The notes: a model not told the origin generated them from the sequence alone. A DNA stretch of 64,000 bases from Octopus sinensis (GCF_006345805.1 NW_021833270.1:19049-83048); one strand, 5' to 3'; positions 26,266 to 39,528 are shown, counted from the stretch's first letter. A program made the numbers and translations.

Positions 26266-26685
26266 TACTCTTGTACTCTCTTTTTACTCTTTTACTTGTT
26301 TCAGTCATTTGACTGCGGTCATGCTGGAGCACTGCCTTTAATCGAGCAACTAGACCCAAGGACCTATTCTTTGTAAGCCCAGTACTTATTCTATCGGTCT
26401 CTTTTGCCGAACCGCTAAGTGACGAGGACATAAACACGCCAGCATAGGTTGTCAAGCAATGCTAGGGGGACAAACACAGACACACAAACATACACGCAAA
26501 CATATATATATATACATATATACGACAGGCTTCTTTCAGTTTCTGTCTACCAAATCCACTCACAAGGCATTGGTCGGCCCGGGGCTATGGCAAAATACAC
26601 TTGCCCAAGGTGCCACACAGTGGGACTGAACCCGGAACCATGTGGTTGGTTAGCAAGCTACTTACCACACAGCCACTCCTGCGCC
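26266..26685 (-). mobile_element. Main SINE, full-length
   Basis: Complete head, core and tail. Confidence 0.92.
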
Positions 26686-26981
26686 TATTTGTATATTTTA
26701 AATGAAAAATATGATAGACAAATCAAAAAAAAGAAGAAATCAAACTATTTGTTTCTAATTCTTTGTTTAAGCATGTTCTCATCAAGTACGTACTTATACA
26801 TATTCATTCAAGAATCTTATCTCATTAAAATGTAATTGCTTTCCAGGAAGTGCTTGGTGAAGAAGTGTTATGTATGTCAACAGATGAAATAATTAGCCGA
26901 ACCAGACTGCTTGATAATGAAGTTAGCATATGTAAATATGTAACATTATTGTTGAAGGTTCCCTCCTGATCTACTTATTTC

Positions 26982-28038
26982 GGATCTTTTCGGTTTGAAC
27001 GGCTGTTTTTTCTAGCGGTGTCATCTGAAATTGTCACCCATAATTATGACCCTAGTATCAATCTATTGCATTTCAATTTCTTTTAGGGTTAGGGTTAGGG
27101 GTGGGGGGAAGGGTATCTTTTTTCTTCACAAATGTAAATAAACCCAATCTGTTTCTTAAACGAGGGACATATTCATACGGCACAGAATGTTTTTTTTACC
27201 TCAATGGACATCATTGATTGGTTGAAATTGCAGAAATTGAAGAAAAAAAAACAACAAATATCTTACAAACTATAGAATTTTCTCAATAAAACCAAGAGAA
27301 AAAGATGTTTACCAGTATACAAAGTTTAAAAGTGTTTAGTTACGTGGAAATTATTTTAATTTATTTTATTTTTGCTCTCATCCAAAAGGATTCTACAATT
27401 TCTGGATGCTGACACTGAAAGGTAACCATCTCTTCCAGAGTTGTCCTTTTCTCCACTCCACCAGACTTATACATGCCATGTATGGAAATGCCTCCAGTTA
27501 CTTCAAACCAACAAGACCACCAGCCCTGACAGTGTCCCTTCCATTGAAACTCTGACGTCTGGCAGCTGACTTGGCAAACACCCATAAAATTATCAACCAT
27601 CGTACAAAGAATAACTCTGAGCACCTTTTCAAACTCCACCCATCTAACACCCGTGGACATATTTACAAAGTCAGAAAACAGCACAGCTCCCATGACTTCA
27701 GGAAACATTTTTTCACGCTGAGAGTTGCTGAAGCATGAAACAAACTGCCGGCATCAGTTGTTAGTTGTCGGAGCACTGCATCCTTCAAAACGTCTATGCT
27801 TCCTGAGATTCGCCAACACTACACCTGTTTCTCCCCTCCATACACACACACAAGCATGTATCTGACTCATACACTGTTCCCTTTCCAGACATTACTGCAT
27901 ATACTCTGACAAATTGTGGTGCACCTGAGTACTGTATACAATAATTTCATTATTATTACATACAACCAATGCACATCAGAACCAGCATCTATCTTTTTTG
28001 AGTGCAAAAAAAAAATGCCGTTCAAACCGAAAAGATCC
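26982..28038 (+). mobile_element. GGATC-MITE with 8-bp TSD, interrupted by a ~650-bp insert
   Basis: TIRs at 26982 and 28038; CTTATTTC at 26974-26981 and 28039-28046. Confidence 0.9.
27541..27958 (+). mobile_element. CR1/L2-like LINE 3' end inserted in the MITE
   Basis: LAADLANTHKII...SNTRGHIYKVRKQHSSHDFRKHFFTLRVAEA*NKLPASVV; short (TTA)n tail. Confidence 0.8.
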
Positions 28039-28528
28039 CTTATTTCTTCATAGTTTTACATTTGTTGCAGTTTGAACAAATATTCTAATTACATAATCAA
28101 TTAGAATTGCTACTACCAGAAATGCATAATTAGCAATATTCTTTACAAGTTTGCTTTTATATACCGAAAACAATTTTTACCTGTATTTTCCATGCAGGTA
28201 TGAGTCGACTGAACTGCTGTACTCCATATTGTCACTTATTCTAATCTTCTGTCATCTCATTTAAGAGACTTGATTGTTCTGTGACCTCATCACTTTCACA
28301 TCATCCCTAGTCTTTTGCTGTGGCTATGGTTACCTTTCAGTGTCAGCATCCAGAAATTGTAGAATCTTTTTGGACGGACTGTTCTTCTCCTTCAGTGATT
28401 TATTTAACATTACCACTTAACCCTTGATTGCAGACTACCACTCTGTCATCTGCAGTTAACTCCCACATCTCACCCCAAGACAGACACTGCTCTTTCTTCT
28501 CTGACAAAGCCATTTTAGAAAAACATTT

Positions 28529-29154
28529 GGATCTTTTCCTTTTGAATGGCACTTTGTAACATAATTTCTAGGAAACTAAAATGTTTTAAACTTCGTATAC
28601 TGGTAGAATGTGTTTATAAAACATCTTTTTCTCTTGGTTTTATTGAGAAAATTCTATAGTTTGTAAAATATTTCGTTTGAAATTTCGAGCATTTCGGCAT
28701 TTTTAACCAATCGCTGACCTCCATTTGGGGTGAAAACATTTTCATTTGACACTGCTAGAAAAAAATCCCATTTTCCGTAGTGGTGTCGTATGAAATTGTC
28801 ACCCATAATTATATCCCTAGTATCGATCTATTGCATTTCAATCTATTTTAGATTTAGGGTTAGAGTTAGGGTTAGGGGTGGAGAAGGGTATCTTTTTTTC
28901 TTCGCAAATGTAAATAAACCCAATCTGTTTCTTAAACGAGGGACATATTCATACAGCACGGAATGTTTTCACCCCAAATGGAGGTCAGCGATTGGTTAAA
29001 ATTGCCGAAATGCTTGAAATTAAAGTGGAAACATGTTACAACATATAGAATTTTCTCAATAAAGCCAAGAAAAAATGATGTTTTATACGAAGTTTAAAAG
29101 TGTTTAGTTAACTAGAAATTGTGTTGACATGTGCCGTTCAAAAGGAAAAGATCC
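28529..29154. mobile_element. Head-to-head dimeric GGATC-MITE variant (~210-bp inverted arms) with 40-bp flanking direct repeat
   Basis: Both ends are the same end type. aaccaatcgctgacctccatttggggtgaaaacatt is mirrored internally. 28489-28528 matches 29155-29194 at 39/40. Confidence 0.88.
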
Positions 29155-29481
29155 GCTCTTTCTTCTCTGACAAATCCATTTTAGAAAAACATTTTTCACA
29201 CATGTTTTCCCACATCATTCCCACAACTAAAACTCATAATCCCAAATCCTTCAAGTAATTCACTCATAACTGTACTGCCGCAGTTCAGGAAGACCATTCT
29301 TTACAATGCTCAAAGAAAATCGCCTACCCTTACAAACTGGGAACAACATTTACCCACCATTGACACACATACCTCCATACACAAACCCACAAGCCATGGG
29401 GTTGGTACTTTAGTTCCCTTGCTAAAAAGACCTTGGTAAGTCTGTAGAATCCTCCTTCCTTCCACATTTGCTGTCCATTTG

Positions 29482-30093
29482 GATATATAAAGAATAAACA
29501 AAAACCAACATACCAAGCGAACAGCTATCGTATCCAGTGCAGCATGTAGGAATGTTCATCCTTTACACATCTATGTAAATGGCAGGCTTTTTTGAATTGC
29601 ATTTCGGTAACAACGTGCTTATTCGGAATACTCCGGTTAAGTTTACAATTTAAAAATAGGATAAACTTTTCATAAGAATTTATCAAGTAGTTAGCGTGAA
29701 AAACCTCATAAGAGAAAAAAACCCATCAATTTTTTCCTTTTAAATTTATTTATTTATATTATATAGAGGGCACTATTACACATAGATGCCTCACACTAGG
29801 AGGGCCTCTTAAAGTCAAAACTACTAAAATAAATAAACACGTTGTACCGAAACGATTCTCGAAGCAAGTTATTTAAAAACAGAATTTAGCCACGTATCAC
29901 TCTGTGATTTCGTAATCAGCGCAATAATATGCGCTCTTTACTCACGCTAGGAGGGACTATTAAAGTCAAAACTACTAAAATAAATAAATCCCGCCATTTA
30001 CATAGATGTGTAAGGGATGAACATTCCTACATGCTGCGCTGGATACGATAGCTGTTCGCTTGGTATGTTGTTTTTGTTTATTCATTATATATC
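29482..30093. mobile_element. Foldback/MITE-like element with ~105-bp TIRs and internal ~47-bp direct repeats
   Basis: 29482-29585 is the reverse complement of 29990-30093. ctaggaggg...aaagtcaaaactactaaaataaataaa occurs at about 29795 and 29946. Possible 3-bp TSD TTG. Confidence 0.75.
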
Positions 30094-30376
30094 TTGAATT
30101 ATGCACACACGAAAGGAACAGGATTTATTAGGAAAGAAAAGAGTAAAGTACAGAGATTGAGGCGACAAAGTGAATGGCGAGCAGCAGCTGTAAGACGAAC
30201 AAGGTGGACTTATGTCGAAGAAATCGTGTACGAGACGCAAAGACAACTAACTCTAAACCTCACCCAAACACACATACATACACATGGATACACACAAGCG
30301 CACGTATACAGCGCCCAACACACGGAGGTACACGCATACACACACCTTCATGAAAACACTACACACACACATGCAG

Positions 30377-30407
<31 letters not shown>

Positions 30408-31249
30408 GATAGATAGATAAGGAGAGAGAGAAAGAGATCCACACACACATGTATGTTTGTGTGTGTGTGTATAACGAAAGATACGAGTTAGTTGTATTTG
30501 GACAGACTTTATTTTCCGAGTTCAATTTTCGTCTGAGTCGATTTCACTTCCATACCCCTGGGTCCATATATTATACCTGCCAAATTTAAGACTCATTTAC
30601 AATATTTCAATGTAAAAATCTCACGTAAAAATTCAAAAATATAAATCCCACTGTAAGGGAGGTAACTCTAACAATGAACGTTGGGGAAATGTGCCAAACA
30701 CTTCAAATTACCTCCCTTAATCGACAAGAAACACAACTCTTGCCATTACTTTGAAATAGCAATTATTCAAATAAATCTCCCTTTAAAAACGATGGACATA
30801 ATTATAAAATGCTCTATACCCAATTTTTATTGTGCCGTACGCCAACACAAATATTAAATGGGTATTAAAATGGGTTAACGATCTGCCCTTTTCTGATGGA
30901 TACATTGAATCGTTTCCTTTCTACACAACAGAGCGTAATAGTATAGGTTGTTTTCCCTTTTTCCAATCGATGTCAATACGAAGCAGATAACATCGTTTCG
31001 AGATGTTTCCATCGGGATGACTACATTCACACAGCTTTCGCCAATTCTGGAGAAGTTGAGAGGAAGAACACGACGATGGAACACTAATGATACAACCGTC
31101 CTGTCCACGACCCTCTCGCTTTCTCACTTTCGACAACCTCACTTGATCTATTTAGTTACGGCTGCTAGAATAACAGGGAATAAGTAAGTCTAACTCTGTC
31201 TACCCATTTACAAGAAAATATAACTCTTGTTACCTCGTATGCTTTCCCA

Positions 31250-32530
31250 CTGCTTTTATACATGCCTACCCATCAGGTTTTAGCTTTTATTATATGTAAT
31301 GGAGAAATAAATGTTATCTACAACTTCAGCCACTCTTTCTTTCATGGAATCAACATCAACATCTTCGCCTTCATCACAGACAGCAACCGTTACATTCTGG
31401 TATCCACCCCGTTACACTGTTTTATCTGGAAACAGAGATCACCAGCTTTTAAAAATCTTGTTTGTGAAAGATTTAGATGTATCGCAATGTGCTTCACAAA
31501 AACTAGCCAGGTGGAGTTTGATCCCATCACAGTATGATTTCATTTTTAAGCATGTTCCTAATAAAAGTATTCCACATGTCGATGTCCTCTATCGATTGCG
31601 GTATAATGAGAATAACAATGGTGACATAATTTTCTTGGTTTCGCATTTAGACAAATGTGACAGTACATGGCAGAACATCGATCCTATAACGATGGAAGGC
31701 ATGCGAAAACAACTAAATGCAACAAAATAAAGAAGAAATGGCAAAACAGGAGATTGGTCTCAAATCTGGAATGTGCATTTGTTAAAGGGAAGGATTTCCT
31801 AACATGCGAGAATGGCTTAATATATCATAAAAATTGTCGGTTTATCCCAGCACCTTACAGATCCACAGTATTAGCTAAAAATGCATGGCACAGACATGGG
31901 CATTCAACAAACAATTAAGAAGGCACGACTCTGTGTTTAGTGGCCTGGGTTGGCTTACTTGGTGGAGATCTTTGTCAAATCTGACAGTTACCCGAGAGCT
32001 AGGCCAAATTTAGCAAAGGCAAATGATTCAATGGCCTATTTCTTGGCCCTGGGAATGTGGGCATATGTTCCAAATATTGGTAACATAATTGTAGATGCCT
32101 ATTCAAAATGGATCAAGACTTTGTTGTGTCCTAATCACTCAACTGAGGTGGTAAAAAGCAAGCTTTTGGAAGTTTTCACTTGTTTTGGCGTGCCCACTGC
32201 TTTAGTAATGTACAACAGACTTGAATTTGTTGCATTAAAGAATATATTGTATTCAAAGCAGAAAGATAGACACTTGGTTACAGTCCAGCATCTAACAGCA
32301 CAGCTAAAAGGGCCATGCAAACTGTGAAGGCTGCACTGAAGTATTTTGATCCAAAGGTAGGGAATTTGGACAAATACTTGAACAAAATTCTGTTCAACCA
32401 TTGGAGTGCCTCAGGTAGTTGTAAATTATCACCAGCCAAAAAGCTAATAAAAAGACAATTGAGGGTTGCTACAAACCCATTCTTCAGAAAAGGTGAGGAT
32501 GTGATACACAACACCATGTTTGACAAGGTT
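31250..32530 (+). pseudogene. Ty3/gypsy pol relic (RNase H end and integrase core)
   Basis: KLARWSLIPSQYDFIFKHVPNKSIPHVDVLYRL; IIVDAYSKWI...FTCFGVPTALV..N.LEF; MQTVKAALK. Confidence 0.85.
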
Positions 32531-33415
32531 GCATCCAAGGCAAAATATGCGATACATACCAGAAAGAATACTGCATGGATTAAGGAGGGTCGCCTACTGC
32601 GGTTAGTGGCAGTTGAGCAACTAATACTGCTAAACACACAAGAACCAGAACTAGAATTAAGTACAACGCTTTGCACAACGGTTCACACTGAGTCTGCACG
32701 GATACCTAACAATGATGGTGTGATTATATCAAGTCCCTTGGCTAGGCATGATACCAATGCCGGAGTCATAGAAGAAATGAAGCAGCCTATCATTGACAAT
32801 GCTAGCTGTTGAAGATCAATCATGAAAATTGCATCGAGCCCTGAACTGAGATGTAGCACAATAATTGCAGCAAGATGTATAGTCCACACTGTGAAGTGGT
32901 TGGTGCTTAAAAAGGCCATCCAGCTGCAAAAACATTGCTAAAACTGATCTCACCTGTGGTTGTGCCACATAAAAAGCACTAAGTCCATTCTGCTGAGCAG
33001 CTGGTGTTAGGAAGAGCATCCAGCTGTAAAAATCCTGTCAAAACAGTCATAGAAGTCTGGTGCAGGCTTCTGCCTGGCCGACTCCCGTCAAACTGCCCCA
33101 CCCATGCTAGCGTGGAAGACAGACATTAAACAATGAGGGTGATTATTAAATATTTTCATTTTTATTTAAGCAACCAAATTTCCGTCAACAAAAAGACTGT
33201 GTGTGTGAAGAAAGGATCACAAGACACCCTTCACATAGCAACCAAATCTCCCTCATAGCTCATAGTAAGCCCAATGATTGAAATAACATTAAATATCTTT
33301 AGTTTCTCACTAAAATTGTTGCTGCTTTACTGGCCTACTGGTGGAGATGTTTGGAAGTGAAGATTTCAAACCCCATCCAGGAATTACAAGGGGTCTTATT
33401 AAATATTTATTTTAT

Positions 33416-33461
33416 CTAGTTTCAGCTCATGAGCTGTGGCCATGCTGGGGCATCGCCATTT
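33416..33461 (-). mobile_element. Extreme 3' tail fragment of the CR1-like LINE
   Basis: Reverse complement of 49792-49838 (aaatggcg.tgccccagcatggccacagctcat.agctgaaactaga). Confidence 0.75.
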
Positions 33462-34284
33462 CGTTCTTTTTAAGCAAACAGGTTTCACTCAACAAAGAGA
33501 TTGTGTGTGTGTATAAAGAAGAGGCCACAAGGCAGCCTTCCCATAGTAACCAAATCTCCTTCAAATCTTCACTGTAAACCCAATAACTGAAATGAATTTT
33601 AATATCTTAATTTTGTCATTAAAATTTTTGCTGCTTTCATGGTCTAATAGGTAAAGGTGTTTACCAGGAGTAACTAGAACACCCAAGCAGGGGATTAAAA
33701 ATCTCTGCCAGGAATTACATGGGGTCTTATTCAATATTTTTTTTAAGCAACTAAATTTCCTTCAACAAAAAGAGTGTGTGTGAAGAAGGGGTCACAAGGC
33801 AGCCCTCCCATAATAACCAAATCTGATTCAACTCTTTATAGTAAGCCCAATAATTTAAACATCTTAATTTTCTCATTAAGTTTGCTATTGCTTTGTGGGT
33901 CCAGTAGGGAAGGGTAACTGGAAGTGGAGGTTTCAAATCTCTGTTAGGAATTACAAGGGGAGTCTTATTAAATACTTTTATTTAAACAACCAAATTTCCC
34001 TCAACTAAAAGATAGTATGTGAACAAGGGGCCACAAGGCAGTCTTCACAGAGTAATTAAATCTCCCTCATGTCTTTATAGTAAGCCCATTAATTGAAATA
34101 AATTTGAATATATTAATTTTTCCTTTGAAATTGTTAATATGTTGATGGCCCAGGAGGTATTAATTTTGAGATGCAGAAACAACATCCAAGTGAATGTTTC
34201 AAATCTCTGCCAGGAATAACAAGGGATCTGAAGTATTTTTATTTAAGCAACCAAATATCCCCCAACAAAAGATTATGTGGACAA

Positions 34285-34689
34285 GGCGCAGGAGTGGCTG
34301 TGTGGTAAGTAGCTATCTAACCAACCACATGGTTCTGGGTTCAGTCCCACTGCGTGGCATCTTGGGCAAGTGTCTTCTGCTATAGCCCCGGGCCGACCAA
34401 TGCCTTGTGAGTGGATTTGGTAGACGGAAACTGAAAGAAGCCTGTCGTATATATATGTATGTATGTGTGTGTGTTTGTGTGTCTGTGTTTGTTCCCCTAG
34501 CATTGCTTGACAACCGATGCTAGTGTGTTTACGTCCGCGTCACTTAGCGGTTCGGCAAAAAGAGACCGATAAAATAAGTACTGGGCTTACAAAAAGAATA
34601 AGTCCCGGGGTCGAGTTGCTTGACTAAAAGGCGGTGCTCCAGCATGGCCGCAGTCAAATAACTGAAACAAGTAAAGGAGTAAAAGAGTA
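34285..34689 (+). mobile_element. Main SINE, full-length
   Basis: Complete; inserted mid-unit in the satellite. Confidence 0.92.
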
Positions 34690-35058
34690 AAGGGGTCACA
34701 AGGCAGCCTTGACATAGTAACCAAGTTTCTTTCAAATAATTACAGTAAGCCCAATAATTGAAATAAATCTTGATATCTTAATTTTCTCATTCATATTCTT
34801 GTTGCTTCAGAGGCCCAGTGGGTACGGGTGTTGAGGAGTAGTAATATAACATAGAAGTGGAGGTTTCGAATCTCTTCTAGGAATTTCAAGAATTTTTTTT
34901 TTTTTAATGACTTCATTTTTATTTAAGCAACCAAGTTTCCATTAACAAAATGATTGTGTGTGTGTGTGTGTAGAAGAGGTCGCAAGGCAGCCTTGACATA
35001 ATAATCAAATCGCCTTCAAATCTTTATAGTAAACCTAATAATTGAAATAAATTTCAAT

Positions 35059-35271
35059 ATTCTTTTATTCTTTTACTTGTTTCAGTCATTTGACTGCGGC
35101 CATGCTGGAGCACTGCTTTTAGTTGAGCAAATCGAACCCGGGACTTATTTTGTAAGCCCAGTACTTATTTTATCGGTCTCTTTTGCTGAACCGCTAAGTG
35201 ACGGGGACGTAAACACACCAGCATCGGTTGTCAAGCAATGCTAGGGGGACAAACACAGACATACAAACACG

Positions 35272-35347
<76 letters not shown>

Positions 35348-35506
35348 TACGACAGGCTTCTTTCAGTTTCCGTCTACGAAATCCACTCACAAGGCATTGG
35401 TCGGCCCGGGGCTATAGCAGAAGACACTTGCCCAAGATGCCGCACAGTGGGACTGAACCCGGAACCATGTGGTTGGTTAGCAAGCTACTTACCACACAGT
35501 CACTCT
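35059..35506 (-). mobile_element. Main SINE, full-length
   Basis: Complete, with an expanded internal (TA)n. Confidence 0.9.
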
Positions 35507-35619
35507 TTCTCACTAAGGTGTTGTTGCTTTCGTGACCCAGTAGGTAAGGGTGATCAGAAGTGGAGGCTTCAAATCTCTGCCAGGAATTACAAGAGGCCTT
35601 ATTAAATACTTTTATTTAA

Positions 35620-38168
35620 CCCTTTCGTTACCATACTTCTAACCAAAATACACCACTTATGTGTTTCAATTAATTTCTAACATAATCATGAATGTAGTCT
35701 GGTTTCATTAAACAACTCTAACATTTTTATTTATCAACATATTAACGTGATTTTTGGAAAAAAATTTAACAAAAGGTTCTCAACCAATTCTATTCCATAA
35801 CTTTTGTCTCAAAGTGACTTTAATTACAGGTCAATATAGGTAAATTAAACAAAATATAAAATTGTTAAACTTTTTGTTCAAACATCGCTATAGAAAATGG
35901 TTTATTAGCTAATATTCAATTGGGTATACAACAAAATTTTACTATAGAAGAGTTGTGCACATTACTGGATTCATCAGGTAAATTTAAGTACACAAAAGAC
36001 AGGTGTACCATAAAGATATAAATAAATTGAAAGACTGGAATTTATCTGTGAAGAAAACTAGAAAACAAAATACACACACACCATCAACTAGATTAAATAA
36101 GCTCTCCCACATGCATAGATATACAGAAATATACAATAATGATTTACAAAAGAAATTAATCAAAATTCATCACTCACCATGCAGGTAAATTAAAATTACA
36201 CATAAAGAAAAATAAAAACAAAGTAAATTTGAAAATATTTATAAAATCAAACAATATTCCTGTCATGAAAACCTGTAAAGCACCCTGTTCTACAGAATGC
36301 AACCTTGCAGAATGCACATTGGAGTGTTGTTTCAACAGCCCTTCCACTAGGAGCTTTCTCTTTTTTGATGAAGGCATTCGCGACACTGCTATTTGTGATA
36401 CTTGATTTTTTTCTGATTTATGTAGATTGGTTGAATTCAGAAGGATATCCCTCTGGCAGGCTTTGTTTCTTCTCCCTACAGTTATTTTTTTCTTAGCAAT
36501 AATCAGCTTTTAATTGTGTTGCTACACCTGCAGGGAACTGCAGATGGTCGCATCGCTTTTGAGCCGGTCCCGATTTGGTATATAGTATAAACGCATTAGT
36601 AATACTCATATTTTCAATATACTAAACCAGGTATTGCCACCATTTATTTCCCGGTTTGCCAACTGGATAATAAGACATCATCTGATTCAGCAGATCTACA
36701 CCATCCATGTAACTGTTATAATCGAGGTTCACAAATGTAGCCATGCACAGGTAGACAGAAAATTGACCTGACTTTTATCTCTGTATGTGGTTGCTAGCAA
36801 ATTTCCTTTCTGCCGTTGAAATATTTCACCTTTTTTTTTTTAATTTGCCTTTTTTTTTATATCCAACGGCAGTCCTTTTCTACTAGCGATCACTGTTGCA
36901 CATGTATGTGCTGCCACAGTATCTAAATTCTCCGCAAGTTTGACCGAACTGAAAAGTCCGTCAAAAAATAATATACAGCCCTGGTTATGGTATGAAAGTG
37001 ATAAATTCCAGACCACATCGTACCCTAGGCCATGCTGACTAACATAATTGTCTCTTTTTCCACTATAAAATTCAAATCCCCAGCAGTAACCAGTATTTGA
37101 TTCACAAATCTTCTAAACTTTGATCCCCCATTCTGTGGGCTTTCCTGGCATATATTGTTGAAAACACACTCAGCCTTTATAGCCTAACATACCTTCATCG
37201 ATAGATAAATATCTCCCTGGTTTATAAACAGTTTTATATGTGTTTTGAACACAGTCAATGAGGGGTCTTATTTTAAATAATGGATCAAAGTCTGGTTCTT
37301 CATGTACTGGTGTACTGCTCATGTCTCTTACATGTAAATACTGAGTCAATTTCAAAAATCGTGTCCTCGACATCATATTTGAGACATATTTGTCTCTAAA
37401 GGGCTCATCACTACTCCAGTAATTTGTTATTCTGGGTAACTTTCTGATACCCATAATAATATTTATGGCAAAATATGCCTGAATTTCATTTAAGCTTGTG
37501 GGAAACCACAAACTATCCTTTTTTTCGCTTTGTTTACTTTCAGCGTAACGGTTTGTTTCCACCGTAATTATTTCAAATAGGCTTATTGGAAAAATTAAAA
37601 AGAAATAGTCTAATGCTTTACTCTCCTGGGAAAGACTGTGACTTGGCACAGTTTCTTCAGAAAAATCACTGAAATAAACAGTTTTTAAATTTTCGCTTCA
37701 TTCAGGTGCCAATTCATTTTCTTTATCGCTGTTGGAACTCTTGGATTCACTGCTTTCACTTTCGGAAAATGAAACATCAGATTCATTATCAAATACCACG
37801 TGCTTTTTTTTTCAGTCATAGAGTTAGATTTATCAAGGTCTTCAGTGGAAAATCCTTCGAATTCTGACTCACTGCTTGACAAATCAATTTTTTGTCAGAA
37901 TTATAAATTTTGAAAACACAACAGGAACAAATTTGGAAAAAAATCTCCCAAAATTCACAGAATGAAAATTACAAATCGATCATTGCACAAAACTGTAGAT
38001 GAACTGTTTACGAAGTATAATCAGGTGTTTTCATGAATGTACTAACGAGATTTGCTCTGATATTCTCATTTAAATATGAATAGGTGATTACAGCCGGTTT
38101 TGGGTGGCTTGGTCACATGAACCAAAATTTTTTTTCGGGTGGCTTTGGGCGGTTTGGTAACAAAAGGG
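35620..38168 (-). mobile_element. Full-length decayed piggyBac transposon
   Basis: TTAA TSD at 35616-35619 and 38169-38172. TIR CCCTTTCGTTACCA / CCCTTTTGTTACCA (13/14). A transposase relic lies inside. Confidence 0.92.
36260..37882 (-). pseudogene. piggyBac (DDE_Tnp_1_7, PGBD4-like) transposase, frameshifted
   Basis: Acidic N-terminus MSSSESEFEGF; ORF 37170..37649 YWS...MSRTRF...LH...DPLFKIRPL...LSIDEGM..YKG; C-terminal Cys-rich TTLQCAFCKVAFCRTGCFTGFH at about 36260-36350. Confidence 0.9.
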
Positions 38169-38179
38169 TTAATTTACCA

Positions 38180-38775
38180 GGAGTTACAGTGTGATGTGGC
38201 TTATCATCAAGAGGATTAATTGGATCATTCTTTTTTGATGCTACTGTGACTGGTCCCATTTAGTTGAACTTGCTGCAAATCTGTCATGCCAAGCATTAGA
38301 GAAGACTTTAAAGATGAGGAATTTTATTTTCAGCAATATGGGGCACCCCGCACGCTACCGTTGCAATGTTAGATCTTTCCTTGATGAGATCCTGCCAAAC
38401 AGGTGGATTGGATGTAGCGGTTTCATTGAATAACCTCCACATTCACCAGACCTCGCACCTCTAGACTTATTTTATGGGAGTACATAAAAGACAAAGTCTA
38501 CTCTATGAAACCTGCAACAGTCGCTGATTTGAGAGCAGCCACTGAATGAGAATGCATGCAAATACAAAACGAATTGTTTCGTGATGTTTGTGATTCCATT
38601 GCTTTGTGTTGTCACCAGTGCCTGGGCCAGAACAGATGTCAGTCTGAAAACAGGCATTGATAAAACAATTAAATAATGCCTGTAGAATCCAGTCAATTTT
38701 AAAAATGAAATGTATTTAAATAAACACCTACTTTACAATTATTTAAAGTGTGTGTACATTTTTGAGGACACCCTG
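38180..38775 (+). mobile_element. Tc1/mariner transposase C-terminal relic with right TIR
   Basis: FYFQQYGAP...RSFLDEILPNRWIG...PPHSPDLAPLD...WEYIKDKVY; end tgtgtacatttttgaggacaccctg. Confidence 0.85.
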
Positions 38776-39468
38776 TTATATATATATATATATATATATA
38801 TATGTTTGTGTGTGTGTGTGATCATCATCATCATATTCGTCATTTTACTGTCTGATTTTCATGCTGAAATGGGTTGGAAAAGTCATCACAATCCAAGCTA
38901 TTTGTTATTAGAAGCTATTTCCCCCAAACACTAGGTGCTCATACACATCATACAAGACTATGCAGATCTCACAACCCTATACTTTCTCTACTCATTTGCC
39001 AACCATTTCTCAGTGAATTTAGGGTGCATTTTATGTGGCAACAGCACTAAGAATGTTGTTGTGGCCACCAGTCTCTCAAGAAGTGGCACAATTTGATGGC
39101 TTTGTATTATGGCACCAACACAGGAGGTGAGGTTGAAAGATTAATGTTAAACACAGCAAGGTTTAAGTTGAACATACAGTCTATCCTGAGAGCTTTTTGT
39201 TACTATTTCAAACCAACAAGGTGTAAGTTACACAAATGGCAAACTACAACAGTCTATTGTATGTTGACCAACCGACGATAGTACTACATTGGAAAATAAG
39301 AGAGAGAGAGGGGAAGAGGGAGTGTGGGTAGGGAAGGGTATGAAGGAAGACATAAAACAGAGAGACAAACACGGAGACAGACACAGAGAAAGAAAATGAG
39401 ACACACAAACAGAAAATGAGATAGAAGAACAGATAAGGAGACAGACAAGTAGACAAAGAGACAAATAG

Positions 39469-39528
<60 letters not shown>

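Larger units (their letters stand above)
33160..35615. repeat. Degenerate ~240-260-bp tandem satellite (about 7 units) interrupted by SINEs and a LINE tail
   Basis: ttatttaagcaaccaaatttcc...cacaaggcagcc...gtaagcccaataattgaaataa...tttcaaatctctgccaggaattacaagggg recurs at about 33161, 33470, 33740, 33978, 34240 and 34917. Confidence 0.85.

Noticed and set aside
27083-27100. Telomere or chromosome-fusion site
   Set aside because: Only 2-4 repeats, always internal to the MITE.
30875-31187. Overlapping 73-79-aa ORFs upstream of the gypsy relic
   Set aside because: No motif recognised; identity unresolved without a search.
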